The notes beneath the pieces are model-generated. The model had not been told where the DNA came from, searched no databases, and worked only from the letters and a program-made list of their open reading frames with translations. DNA of 64,000 nucleotides, from the IMG/VR virus record IMGVR_UViG_3300028197_000782, positions 33,101-97,100 of that record; one strand, given 5' to 3'. Of this stretch, positions 30,182 to 39,675 are shown in pieces. Both the position numbers and the translations under genes were made by a program. Every line of letters begins with the position of its first letter. The stretch's first letter is position 1. The DNA is from a virus.

Positions 30182-30241
30182 ATTATAAACCTCGATTACG
30201 GGAGTTCAATTGTTTCCTTTAAAATCCAAATACATTATTTA

Positions 30242-31300
30242 TTACTCAGCATTACAGGCATTGTCTATAGCAGTCCACTCCGTATTAATACCTACACTGT
30301 AACTGTTATATCCGACATAGGAATCGGTGATTGTTTGATTGCCACCACCAGCGTCTCCACCAGATTTAGATGTACCCGTCCAATTCATAGTACCAAACGT
30401 AAATGTTCTATTGCCAGCCTTAATGCTAGCATTCGTTAGTTTACCACCAATATCACATTTATTTTCACCAGTATTTGGGTCTAATCTTTCATTGAAGTTA
30501 AAACCCTTTGACTGTTTATCAGCAATTGACTCTAATTCTAGAGTAGTTTCTACAGGAAAACCAGCTGCTTTAAAGTATGGGAATTTATTACCAAGTTGCA
30601 ATAAATCTTCTCTATCAAAGCTAACTGAGAAGCTTAGACTTTGGAGACCACCCAAACCAAACGAAGCACTAGTGAGATGTTTTCTCTGAATAATTCCAGA
30701 AGCTGACGAATCTGGACCGACATCATTTGAAAGAATACCGCTCTCGTAAGTACCCTTCGATGGCAATTTGAGGAGGCCGCTTTGCCATTCGCAACTGTTT
30801 CCTACCAATGTAACACTTTCAGTTGCTGGACCTTCAACGCCAATATTTAGGCTGTAATTAGATAAATACATACCAGTAGCTGATACAGAACCATGAGAGT
30901 TCTTGGAGTCATCATCTGCCGTTACCATAGCTATATTAAAACGTCGTGAAGCTGCCGTGGTGAATGTATTAGTTCCACCCGCAGCATCGTTGGCGCAGAC
31001 ATTCCACAGAGTTCCATCCTTAGTGAATGCATCAATAGTAGCTGAATCTGCACCCGGATAAATACCGATTGCTCTTTCTAAAGTTACTTCGATACTTGGT
31101 AAACCTTCAACATTCTCAAAAATCTGTAATCTACCCAACTCAAAGAGTTGTTCATATTCTAAACTAGTTGTAATGCCAACGGATTGAACTAAACTGGAAA
31201 CATAACCAGCTGTTGTCTTTTGTGTGTCATTATTGCCATTAGCGGCGCAGGGACACAAAGTCGCACGTTGAACTGCATAATAAACTCTATTACTTGCCAT
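30242..31300 (-). CDS. Major tail tube protein (352 aa)
   Basis: Strong SD (AGGAGA) and its own late motif. Tube-like strands VQSVGITTSLEYEQLFELG...IEVTLER and a second copy LQSLSFSVSFDREDLLQLG. Sits before chaperones and TMP. Confidence 0.75.
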   Translation of the reverse strand: MASNRVYYAVQRATLCPCAANGNNDTQKTTAGYVSSLVQSVGITTSLEYEQLFELGRLQIFENVEGLPSIEVTLERAIGIYPGADSATIDAFTKDGTLWNVCANDAAGGTNTFTTAASRRFNIAMVTADDDSKNSHGSVSATGMYLSNYSLNIGVEGPATESVTLVGNSCEWQSGLLKLPSKGTYESGILSNDVGPDSSASGIIQRKHLTSASFGLGGLQSLSFSVSFDREDLLQLGNKFPYFKAAGFPVETTLELESIADKQSKGFNFNERLDPNTGENKCDIGGKLTNASIKAGNRTFTFGTMNWTGTSKSGGDAGGGNQTITDSYVGYNSYSVGINTEWTAIDNACNAE

Positions 31301-31361
31301 CTGTCTCTCCTATATATAGGTATATTGTTGTACGGGAGGTTTAAAGATCTAGATCTGTATA

Positions 31362-31370
31362 ATTATACAC
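31362..31370 (-). promoter_or_regulatory. Putative late promoter motif GTGTATAAT upstream of the tail tube gene
   Basis: The same motif recurs upstream of five other late genes. Confidence 0.65.
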
Positions 31371-31378
31371 AAAAAAAC

Positions 31379-32344
31379 CTATTTTATAACCTCTGTTGTT
31401 ATTCTTACTATTCCACCAAAAAGACTTGAATTTAACATTTCCATACCTTGAACTCTTGGGTCTAACAATCTCGCAGTACAGTCTTTATAGCCACTACGAA
31501 GCTCTGGATAACGAGGCGCTCCAGAAACTGGAAACCCTTGATAATCAAGAGGAAACGCACCGTTAGATGCTATTTTATTAGAATCTAAAATCGGGACATG
31601 GTTATCAGCCTGTAACGACACAATGTCTACAAGCTTATTTCTGGTCATTTCATCCTCTGCTAGACAGTGAAATAATACATCTGTCTTTATGAATTTTCTT
31701 GCGAAATTACCTAATTCTAGGGGTCTAGAGCTTCTGCTTGGAACTATTTCAATAGCAATAGCTGGAAGCTGAATTCTCATTTCATTAGGTATTTCATAAT
31801 CTCCTTTTGTATCGTCATTAAAAAATGAAGACTTATCTAAAGTCCTATATTGTATCTCTCTTATAAAAGGTAAATTAGAAGCATATAATACATTAATATA
31901 TTTATAACTATGTTCAGCTTGAACTTTACTGCCAGATGGAATGGCATCATCAAATACTACTCTTCCATTAAAATAATCGACATTGTGGGAATAATCTCCA
32001 GCAGTAGTAGATGGATAGAAAACATCATCAACATATACTCCTGATAATCCGGGTTTAGTGTCGTTAGTACCCACCAGAGGGGCGGTAACGCCATCAGGGT
32101 CAATACCGCTTTGCCAAACCCAATTGGCTCTAAAACCGTCCCAAGCCTTTCCTGTGGCAAAATGGGGGTGAGAGGTTAGTTTTAGTTTAGAATAATCAAA
32201 ACCTCTAGGGGAAGTTTCGCCCAAGCTGGAATTAAAATAATTACCTTTTTGTAGCAATTCCCAATCAAAATATTCAACCAGACTGTCTAACAGCTGATTG
32301 TTTAAAGTTGCGTCAAAAATATTATTAAAACCTATTAATCCCAT
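31379..32344 (-). CDS. Putative tail completion/terminator protein (321 aa)
   Basis: Upstream of the tail tube; LPAIAIE...DVLFHCLAE...RNKLVD resembles tail terminator folds. Confidence 0.55.
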   Translation of the reverse strand: MGLIGFNNIFDATLNNQLLDSLVEYFDWELLQKGNYFNSSLGETSPRGFDYSKLKLTSHPHFATGKAWDGFRANWVWQSGIDPDGVTAPLVGTNDTKPGLSGVYVDDVFYPSTTAGDYSHNVDYFNGRVVFDDAIPSGSKVQAEHSYKYINVLYASNLPFIREIQYRTLDKSSFFNDDTKGDYEIPNEMRIQLPAIAIEIVPSRSSRPLELGNFARKFIKTDVLFHCLAEDEMTRNKLVDIVSLQADNHVPILDSNKIASNGAFPLDYQGFPVSGAPRYPELRSGYKDCTARLLDPRVQGMEMLNSSLFGGIVRITTEVIK

Positions 32345-32979
32345 TATCTTAGCGCATCCTTTAATACTGTAGATATTTGATGTTCTTGAGTTTGACCTAT
32401 TAAAGCTCTAGTAATAAAATTATCATCTGAAGTTCCTGAAAATTGAGGTGGTACTCGAAACGCTCCTCCTTGAGACATATAGCCCAAGCCTGATCTTCCT
32501 AATCCACTTTTAGGGTCGTATGTGTAACCAGCTACAATAATCTCATCTCCTCTTTCCAATAACCACTGTAGCCAATGCAAATCACCGCTTTCGTATATGT
32601 TGTGGCCTTCGGGCAAGTTGAGTAAATTGCTAAAAGACGATGGCTGGAAGTATACATATACGCCACCATTTCTTAAATTTTTGTTGAAGTTTTTGAATTC
32701 TACATAAATACTATTTACAAACGCTTGACTAATAGCAGATATGGCTACAGAGCTTTGTCCAGAAGTTAAACCAAACGCTCCAGCTAGCTGACCTCCTGAA
32801 ATTGAAGTTATTTCCGGGGAGGACATTAAAAAAGACACTGCTATATTTTTACATTTATTCTGAATATCCCCTAATTTTGATTTAATTTTTTGATTAATTA
32901 ATTGAGCCGAAGCTTCGTTGACACGGTTCTGGATAACCTTTGTACTATCTAATAGTTTAATGCCTTTAAAATTACTCAT
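32344..32979 (-). CDS. Putative neck protein (likely start MSNFK at 32979)
   Basis: ATG at 32977-32979 overlaps the upstream stop. WLQWLLERG...RSG...GT..DNFITRAL motif; neck-region synteny. Confidence 0.5.
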   Translation of the reverse strand: MSNFKGIKLLDSTKVIQNRVNEASAQLINQKIKSKLGDIQNKCKNIAVSFLMSSPEITSISGGQLAGAFGLTSGQSSVAISAISQAFVNSIYVEFKNFNKNLRNGGVYVYFQPSSFSNLLNLPEGHNIYESGDLHWLQWLLERGDEIIVAGYTYDPKSGLGRSGLGYMSQGGAFRVPPQFSGTSDDNFITRALIGQTQEHQISTVLKDALR

Positions 32980-33461
32980 GCTCTTTTCCAAAAACAAGCG
33001 GCATATCTATCTTGTTTTAGTCCCATTGGGATAGGGTCTCCATGTCTAACAAATCTGTATTCTCTGTATCCTTTTATGTCTTTATGTACTATTAATGCAG
33101 CAGCTTTCATTAACGCCGGAACATCTGTAAACATAGATATTGTTTGTATAGATCCATCAGGTATCGCTATATCTCCACCAACCTTAACGAATTGTTTGAA
33201 ATCCCAGTAAACTTTTAATTTTATATCAGTAAGTACTTCGACCTCTTTTATGGTTTTAGTTCCTCTGTTTCTGTCTCCACCATTTCTTCTATGATCATTA
33301 ATAGTATTCACACTAGGTATATTATCATCTGGATCATATGGTGTGATAATTTCTTTTTTCTCTATAGAAACTAATTGACAAGTAACCCCAAACATATTAA
33401 ATGTGGAATCTATAACGTCATTATATGTATCAAATACACTGTCTGGAATATTTATGGGCAT
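32976..33461 (-). CDS. Putative head closure protein (161 aa)
   Basis: Small beta protein in the neck region; synteny only. Confidence 0.45.
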   Translation of the reverse strand: MPINIPDSVFDTYNDVIDSTFNMFGVTCQLVSIEKKEIITPYDPDDNIPSVNTINDHRRNGGDRNRGTKTIKEVEVLTDIKLKVYWDFKQFVKVGGDIAIPDGSIQTISMFTDVPALMKAAALIVHKDIKGYREYRFVRHGDPIPMGLKQDRYAACFWKRA

Positions 33462-34846
33462 GATGTATTAATCTTATGTACTGAGATAAAGAAGTGCATG
33501 TCCTGAGCGCTATGTGTTGATGGTGCGTAAAAAATACCAGATACAGTATTTACAGCAGCAACAAATCCATGAGTTACTAAAAGGTTGTCCGAAAGATTTC
33601 CAGATGGTGAAATATTAACTGTGTATTTTTGTGACCCTGTTGGAGCAGAAACTCCGTCTACAGTAAATTGAACCCCAAAAACAGTTCCAGCAGAACAGGC
33701 ATCAAGAGTTTTAAGAACACAAGATGTGTGTGGATATAAAACCCCAGAAGCATTATCTAAGTATGTATCTATGCGACCAGAGCTGGCTACTTCAAAAGAA
33801 TTGAAATCAGTATTAGAAGTATTGATATGATTCGTGAGATTAGTTTGAACATCAACTATACCGCTATTTAAAGCTCCAGATGCTTCTAAAATTCCTGAAT
33901 CTACATAAGTAATTATAGATCCAGATGTAGCTATTAAGTCTTCGTCTGAAGTAAATATAGTATGTAGATCATTTATTGGTAAATCGCCACTCGCTAGTGG
34001 TCTGAAAGTTGGATAGTCAGCAGCGCACGGTGGGCTACCACAAGAAGTATTAGGTCCAGCGAAAACTTGACCAGCGGACTGTTTTTTTAGTAATAAAAAT
34101 TGATTAACTACACCGCTAACATCAAATACTAAATGAGAGTTGGTAGTGGGAGTAACTCCAGCGTCAGTTCTGTTAGGCTTAAAGTGTACAAACTGTGTGC
34201 CTCCACTATAGGGTGATGCGTCTGAATTTAGACCAACACTAGAGCTATTCGCCCCAGTTGTGTTGTCTTCAAAATAAACTCCAGTTGGACCTACATAATA
34301 CCCAGAAGCTCTAACTCTGGATGAGTAATCTGATGCCGCCCCACCTAGATCTAAGCCATACATGGGATTGGATTGGTTTACGCCTATGCCACCAGCTTCC
34401 CTGAACACTAAATTAGAAAAGTAATTTAAGATATTTTCTGAGTCCCAAACAGCAATCCCGTGACGCTGTGGGGTGTTCAGGCTTGAATTTACACCAGATC
34501 CCATCATTACAGAATGAGTTGCTGGATAAGTAGAATATACTTCTTTTGTTCCATCTGGAAAGCTTACAAGGCTATCGTCAGAATTGCTACTTCGGAAGGG
34601 GCTTCTTAGTATAGTATCTACATGATAAGAATCTACAGTGCTTTCATCTTTGTTTTTAAATAAACCTGACCCAACTTCATATCTAGTACCATCAGTGATA
34701 GCATAAAATACTACATCGTCATGAGCATAGAACCTTCTAAACTCGCTAAATCCATTAGCAGCTCCTGCCAGCTGGATTTCATTTGTACCAAGTACATATG
34801 ATATTTCTTTTACACGATCATATAAATTAACGGCGTTTTGAGTCAC
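33452..34846 (-). CDS. Fibre-like virion protein (464 aa)
   Basis: N-terminal DRVKE...GT..I.LAGA..GF..F...YAI.DG..YEVG.G module typical of phage fibre proteins; SG-rich. Confidence 0.6.
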   Translation of the reverse strand: MTQNAVNLYDRVKEISYVLGTNEIQLAGAANGFSEFRRFYAHDDVVFYAITDGTRYEVGSGLFKNKDESTVDSYHVDTILRSPFRSSNSDDSLVSFPDGTKEVYSTYPATHSVMMGSGVNSSLNTPQRHGIAVWDSENILNYFSNLVFREAGGIGVNQSNPMYGLDLGGAASDYSSRVRASGYYVGPTGVYFEDNTTGANSSSVGLNSDASPYSGGTQFVHFKPNRTDAGVTPTTNSHLVFDVSGVVNQFLLLKKQSAGQVFAGPNTSCGSPPCAADYPTFRPLASGDLPINDLHTIFTSDEDLIATSGSIITYVDSGILEASGALNSGIVDVQTNLTNHINTSNTDFNSFEVASSGRIDTYLDNASGVLYPHTSCVLKTLDACSAGTVFGVQFTVDGVSAPTGSQKYTVNISPSGNLSDNLLVTHGFVAAVNTVSGIFYAPSTHSAQDMHFFISVHKINTSCP

Positions 34847-34857
34847 AGTAAAACTCC

Positions 34858-35865
34858 TTATGCGGGTACGTAGCTAACGGTTGGCCCAGCAGGAGGAATA
34901 ACTCCAGAAGGGTTTCCAAAAATCATAATATCATTTACTTCTGCATCCCTAAAAGCATTAGTATCGTCCATAACATAAAATGTAACATATTCAGCGGTAC
35001 GCTCTACGCATATGGCTGAGTTGCTATCAATTTCTCCACCGCTTGCGTTACTAGATTTAGCATTGCTAGTTCCAACAGCGCAAATGTCGGCAGCACTATC
35101 GAAAGTATTAGGAGTAAAATATATTCTGAACTTACCAGCTTGTGGAACTCCACCTTCAGTTACACGACGAACACTGCTAATATTGTAAGAACTCCTTACA
35201 TCTAAAGTGTCTGCTTCAGCAACACCAGAGACAGAATTGAAATTAACCCAAGCTTGAGCAGTTGATCTACCAGTTGTGATAGTACTTGTATCTGTATCAA
35301 ATTCAATATGGGTTTTACTACCAATATGTAGCACTTCTTCGTTTGCGTCTACATATTCAAAATTAATACCATGACCAATATCAGCAGTAGACTCATTATT
35401 AAATTTAATAAAGTTACTGCCCATGCCTAAGTCACCACTCATAGATCTAGTTCCAGCACCTAGTAGATACTGAGTATGATGATCATTACTAGTACCAGTT
35501 AGATCTTTTAGTTCGCTGTGGCTAATACCAGTAGGCCCAAGATACGGCCTTGTTTGCAGAGCTGTACCATCTGGATTGCCATTATCTTCAAAGACAATTC
35601 CAGACTGAACTAGTAAAGTACCACCACTAGTAATACTATCAACTGTGCTTCTACGTAATCTAATATCGCTGATAAATTCTTTATTAGCAACGTCCCAATC
35701 TCCACTAGCTATTACATACGGAATAGACTCACAAAGATTAAACATTGTCTCTCTAACATCTTTGGCACTAATTTGACCAGCGTTATTGTCTGGTAATTGA
35801 TTACTAATATCATAAAGTAATGTGCCAACTGTGGTTTCACTTCCAATAGGTTTGATTGCCATCAT
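34858..35865 (-). CDS. Fibre/collar-like virion protein (335 aa)
   Basis: LPDNNAGQISAKDVR N-terminal motif, HSEL..L...DHHTQY motif, C-terminal AQAWVNF...SYNISSVRR...G.FRIYF domain. Confidence 0.6.
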   Translation of the reverse strand: MMAIKPIGSETTVGTLLYDISNQLPDNNAGQISAKDVRETMFNLCESIPYVIASGDWDVANKEFISDIRLRRSTVDSITSGGTLLVQSGIVFEDNGNPDGTALQTRPYLGPTGISHSELKDLTGTSNDHHTQYLLGAGTRSMSGDLGMGSNFIKFNNESTADIGHGINFEYVDANEEVLHIGSKTHIEFDTDTSTITTGRSTAQAWVNFNSVSGVAEADTLDVRSSYNISSVRRVTEGGVPQAGKFRIYFTPNTFDSAADICAVGTSNAKSSNASGGEIDSNSAICVERTAEYVTFYVMDDTNAFRDAEVNDIMIFGNPSGVIPPAGPTVSYVPA

Positions 35866-35873
35866 TTTCTCCT

Positions 35874-36395
35874 TTAAGATCTAAAATAACCACCGCGATG
35901 GTTATGGTCTGAATTTGTTCGTCGTACAAAGTCGCTACCGGGACTGTACGGTCCCAAAACTGCGTGTCCTGCAATGCTCTTGCCAGCTGAATAATCAAGA
36001 ACAGCTGCGTCATATTTAGCACACAGGTCTTTATGTAATATGACTAAAACGGATGATACACCTCTCAAATCAATAGCTGAAGGACCATCTTTGATTGAGA
36101 TCGAGTTACCAGCCTCTAATCTGATTTCTCCTCCTATCATGATACATGCAGTTTTTAGACAAGCCAGCGTCACAAACTCTGTTTCCTCTGTAGCAGAATC
36201 TGTAGGATCTGGAGACAGGGTAGAAGCGCCCAAGTTAATAGTATACTCATTGCTAAAATCAATATCATTATTGACAAACGTAGCCGCCACCAATACACTA
36301 GTCTGTATTCTGGAATCTGTAAACTTATAATTAGAATCATCAACATCGCTAATTAAATAACGCACAATAGTCGTCATATCGGTTTGCCAAGACAT
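35874..36395 (-). CDS. Putative head-tail connector/adaptor (173 aa)
   Basis: VRYLISD...FTD.RI N-terminus resembles adaptor proteins; late motif 40 bp upstream. Confidence 0.55.
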   Translation of the reverse strand: MSWQTDMTTIVRYLISDVDDSNYKFTDSRIQTSVLVAATFVNNDIDFSNEYTINLGASTLSPDPTDSATEETEFVTLACLKTACIMIGGEIRLEAGNSISIKDGPSAIDLRGVSSVLVILHKDLCAKYDAAVLDYSAGKSIAGHAVLGPYSPGSDFVRRTNSDHNHRGGYFRS

Positions 36396-36434
36396 AATTC
36401 ACCTGTAGTACTGGAATGGACACCCTTGTAATAA

Positions 36435-36443
36435 ATTATACAC
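36435..36443 (-). promoter_or_regulatory. Putative late promoter motif GTGTATAAT
   Basis: In the gap 40 bp upstream of the 36395 start. Confidence 0.65.
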
Positions 36444-36880
36444 TATTTTACCTTATGCTTTGTTCTGTATATAGCTAAATGTAGCATTTTCTTAGCAGCA
36501 TACCTAAAAAACGGCAATTTGCGTTTAAGGGACTCCTCTTTTAACCAATCTAATATAATATTCTGATTATTCTCGCACCAATCTAAACCGTTATCGTTCA
36601 TAATCTTGGCTCGCTTTAAGCAAGAACAATTTGGACTAACCTGTATGTTGAACATAGATAATAAAGACTTTAGCTCTGTTCCTACTCCCTCTCCTAGATC
36701 CTCGACGGGTCTTGGAACAAACTCTCTTTTCTTTGCTGGATAGGTGGGGTGGTTGACATCTATTACCCACATGTCATCCTCTAGCTGTTCTATAACACAA
36801 GGCATAACTTCCTCTACAGAGTACCCTCTCTGTTCACATCTAGCTATCAAGAATCTTTTATGAGCTGTATATCTATCCAT
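36443..36880 (-). CDS. Cys-containing hypothetical protein (145 aa)
   Basis: GVGTELK..L...CSC..RA..MN..G.DWC...WL.EE..R.LPF motif, following the fibre genes. Confidence 0.7.
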   Translation of the reverse strand: MDRYTAHKRFLIARCEQRGYSVEEVMPCVIEQLEDDMWVIDVNHPTYPAKKREFVPRPVEDLGEGVGTELKSLLSMFNIQVSPNCSCLKRAKIMNDNGLDWCENNQNIILDWLKEESLKRKLPFFRYAAKKMLHLAIYRTKHKVK

Positions 36881-39668
36881 CGTATGGTTTAAATCTCTCT
36901 TTGTAGTTTGCCATCATCATAGTCTGAGAAGTAGCAGAAACACCATTATTTGTAGCTATACACCTAATCAAGAATCTACGATCAAAAAGATTTTTTGATC
37001 CATCATTAACAAGACCTTCTTGATAAGTAAGTAACCCATCATGATAAATATAATTCGTAACGTCTTTATATATCATATCATATGTATGTCTGACTATAAG
37101 TGTTGCCACATTAGTACCAAGAACAGGAATATTTTTTCTCCTTAGATTAAAGCTACTATTATCTAGAGCAGCTATTCCGTCCTTTTGATTTTGCGTGCCT
37201 GTGTCTGCGAACTTTACGTTTGAAGCTGACTGCCAGTTTAAACCATCCAACTCATTAACACCCGGAATGAATACTCCACCTTCCGCATCTAAGTCAACAT
37301 ATTGCCATTTATATGTTGTTCTTCCTACTGGATTGATAACACTAACATCAACATTTAGTTCATAATGATAATTCAATCTAGCATACTGATGAACTGTTAC
37401 CATGTCGCTCCGACTACTAGAACTCCTGTTGATAACCCTCCTGACATACTCTAAACCAATATGATCATATCTAGCTGAATAATAAACATCAGGAACATCT
37501 TCACCAAATGGTGTGCTTTGTTTATCTTCTAGCCAACTGTTGTTATATTTAGTAAGTAGCTCTTTCATATCCTTATGACCTAAGCTATGAGCTAAACCGT
37601 TTCCTTTTATAAGCAAATCAAAATCATGATAATCCCAATGTGTTGGATATGTTAAGGGAGATTGACTGTTCTTAATAATATTAAAAGATACTTGAGTAGA
37701 AGGATCGACAGTTGTAGTAGTAGTTGTAGACGTTGTAGTGGTAGTAGTCGTCGTACTTGTAGTTGTAGTCGGAATAGTAACTGAAACAGTATTGCTAAAT
37801 TTAATTTCGGGACTCATGACGCGAATTCTATAACTTGCAGATCCAGCTCTTGTGTCCGTGAAACTAATTTCTTCGTTGGATTTAGCTGTTTGCATAGTAG
37901 TCAGCTTTGTTAGACAATCTGTATTTGTAAGCTCCCACCAGTACTTGATATCAGAATTATAGTAAGATTTAATTTGTGCAGACAGAGTTGCTTCACTAGC
38001 ACCAGTTGTGACGCTCAAATCTTTTACAAACGTAACGCTATCGGGATGAGGAGTTGTGGTTGTTTGATAGTTAATTTCCTCGCCAGTGTAAAAACTATCC
38101 AAAGGAATGCAAATGCCAGAACCAACTTTACCATACAATGCATCTCCACTATTAGTTACTCTCATAATCTGAGGCAACCTATCACAGCAAGGTTTCCTAT
38201 CGTAATGGCAGTTGCTTTGTATTGTAATGATTAAAGAATTTTTATATAGATTAGTTGTACCAGTTAGATTAAGAACTAATGAAGGTTTATCTATTAGACT
38301 AGATCTAGCTATTTTCTGCCTAGATCCAAATGCTCCAAAAGATTTATGACCAAGAGTTTTCTTATTAACTTCATCTTGTACTGTAACTGTTATAACATTC
38401 TCTAGATTCATACGGTAAAAACCATCTAAGTCTATGTACAACCCTAACTTATCGGGTGTAATGTGATCTTCGATAATATTTGTGACGGTAACAAACTTGT
38501 CTTCGCTTTTTAAATATATTACATCTGAATGTATAAGCCCATAGTCTTTAGATGTGGAGCCTTCTTTGACTAAAACTCTCAAACCATATAGTGTATTCTG
38601 AGTTCCAAAAGCAGGGTCTGTTTCCACAAAGTCATTTGAAGTGTCGGGCATATTTTTATCTCTAGGATAATAATGTCCACCCTTCGGGAATTTTATTTCT
38701 CCACATGGGCATTCGATAGGGTCATTTGTTTCTATAACAACATCCAAGGGACTGTCTGTAGTAGTCGTTGTAGTTGTAGTTGTAGGTGTGCCGGGACTAG
38801 TCCATCTTAAAACCTTAGAAGCAGAGTCAGTACCATCAGAACTAGTAATAGTAAAAGTATATTCAGCAAACTCTACTGCAAATCTTGATAGTGGTATGGC
38901 ATATTTGTAACCAATAATCTGAAACCCCAAGAGATTAAAGATAGGAGTATAAGGACCGTCAGCACTTGATAAAACACTACCATTAGACAGGAACCAAGAT
39001 ATCTTAGTATTCCACTGAGAAGTAAAATTAATTGGATTAAAAGTAATTTCTAGATTATCCCCCACAACTTCTAGGCTAGCAGTTACACTAGGATCTGGCT
39101 TAGGGGTTGTGCTAACACTAGGATCAGGAGTCGTAGTTGTAGTCGTAGGAGCTGGCGTAGTGTTGGTAGTTGATGTTGTCGTAGTTGTAGTTGGAACAGC
39201 CGTAGTGGTTGTGGTTGTGGTTGTGGTTGTGGTTGTTGTCGTAGTAGGCGCTGGAGTAGTTGTTGTAGTAGTGGTTGTTGTCGTAGTCGTAGTCGTAGTC
39301 GGAGAAGGAGTGGTTGTGGTCGTTGTAGTTGTGGATACGCTTAAAGTCATCTCTCCATTCATGCCGGAATGAACGCCACATTGATAATACAAAGTGGTCG
39401 GAGTAGAATCAGATACAGTCACGACAACTGTTCCTGACTGAGTTCCGTTATTTGTTACACCTGTATTATAGGCATTGCTACTACCAGAACTTAAAGCTGT
39501 TTTTATATAAAAAGGATGACCCGTAGAGGATACATTAAAAGTTAAAGTATCTCCAGAAGAAACATTAGCAGATATATTGGGATTTAATCCTGAAGCATCT
39601 CCGCTAAATGAATAGTATAAACTACCATAAGAAGAATAAGAAGACACATTGTATGTATAATTAGCCAT
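36873..39668 (-). CDS. Virion protein with N-terminal cupredoxin-like domain and mucin-like Thr/Pro tracts (931 aa)
   Basis: GHPFYIK...LYYQCGVHSGMNG, then ~70 aa of T/P repeats and three further Thr runs. Confidence 0.7.
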   Translation of the reverse strand: MANYTYNVSSYSSYGSLYYSFSGDASGLNPNISANVSSGDTLTFNVSSTGHPFYIKTALSSGSSNAYNTGVTNNGTQSGTVVVTVSDSTPTTLYYQCGVHSGMNGEMTLSVSTTTTTTTTPSPTTTTTTTTTTTTTTTPAPTTTTTTTTTTTTTTTAVPTTTTTTSTTNTTPAPTTTTTTPDPSVSTTPKPDPSVTASLEVVGDNLEITFNPINFTSQWNTKISWFLSNGSVLSSADGPYTPIFNLLGFQIIGYKYAIPLSRFAVEFAEYTFTITSSDGTDSASKVLRWTSPGTPTTTTTTTTTDSPLDVVIETNDPIECPCGEIKFPKGGHYYPRDKNMPDTSNDFVETDPAFGTQNTLYGLRVLVKEGSTSKDYGLIHSDVIYLKSEDKFVTVTNIIEDHITPDKLGLYIDLDGFYRMNLENVITVTVQDEVNKKTLGHKSFGAFGSRQKIARSSLIDKPSLVLNLTGTTNLYKNSLIITIQSNCHYDRKPCCDRLPQIMRVTNSGDALYGKVGSGICIPLDSFYTGEEINYQTTTTPHPDSVTFVKDLSVTTGASEATLSAQIKSYYNSDIKYWWELTNTDCLTKLTTMQTAKSNEEISFTDTRAGSASYRIRVMSPEIKFSNTVSVTIPTTTTSTTTTTTTTSTTTTTTVDPSTQVSFNIIKNSQSPLTYPTHWDYHDFDLLIKGNGLAHSLGHKDMKELLTKYNNSWLEDKQSTPFGEDVPDVYYSARYDHIGLEYVRRVINRSSSSRSDMVTVHQYARLNYHYELNVDVSVINPVGRTTYKWQYVDLDAEGGVFIPGVNELDGLNWQSASNVKFADTGTQNQKDGIAALDNSSFNLRRKNIPVLGTNVATLIVRHTYDMIYKDVTNYIYHDGLLTYQEGLVNDGSKNLFDRRFLIRCIATNNGVSATSQTMMMANYKERFKPYDG
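39120..39335 (-). repeat. Poly-Thr coding low-complexity tract, including perfect (GTGGTT)5 at 39205-39234
   Basis: Directly visible GTN triplet runs on the + strand. Confidence 0.9.
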
Positions 39669-39675
39669 GTTTTAC

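Noticed and set aside
31309-31356. Short palindromes CCTATATATAGG and AGATCTAGATCT in the tail tube leader
   Set aside because: Single, AT-rich and not seen repeated elsewhere; not enough to call operators.
39109-39381. Poly-Val (+ strand) and His/Asn/Tyr-repeat (alternative frame) ORFs
   Set aside because: They are shadows of the poly-Thr codon tract of 36873..39668.
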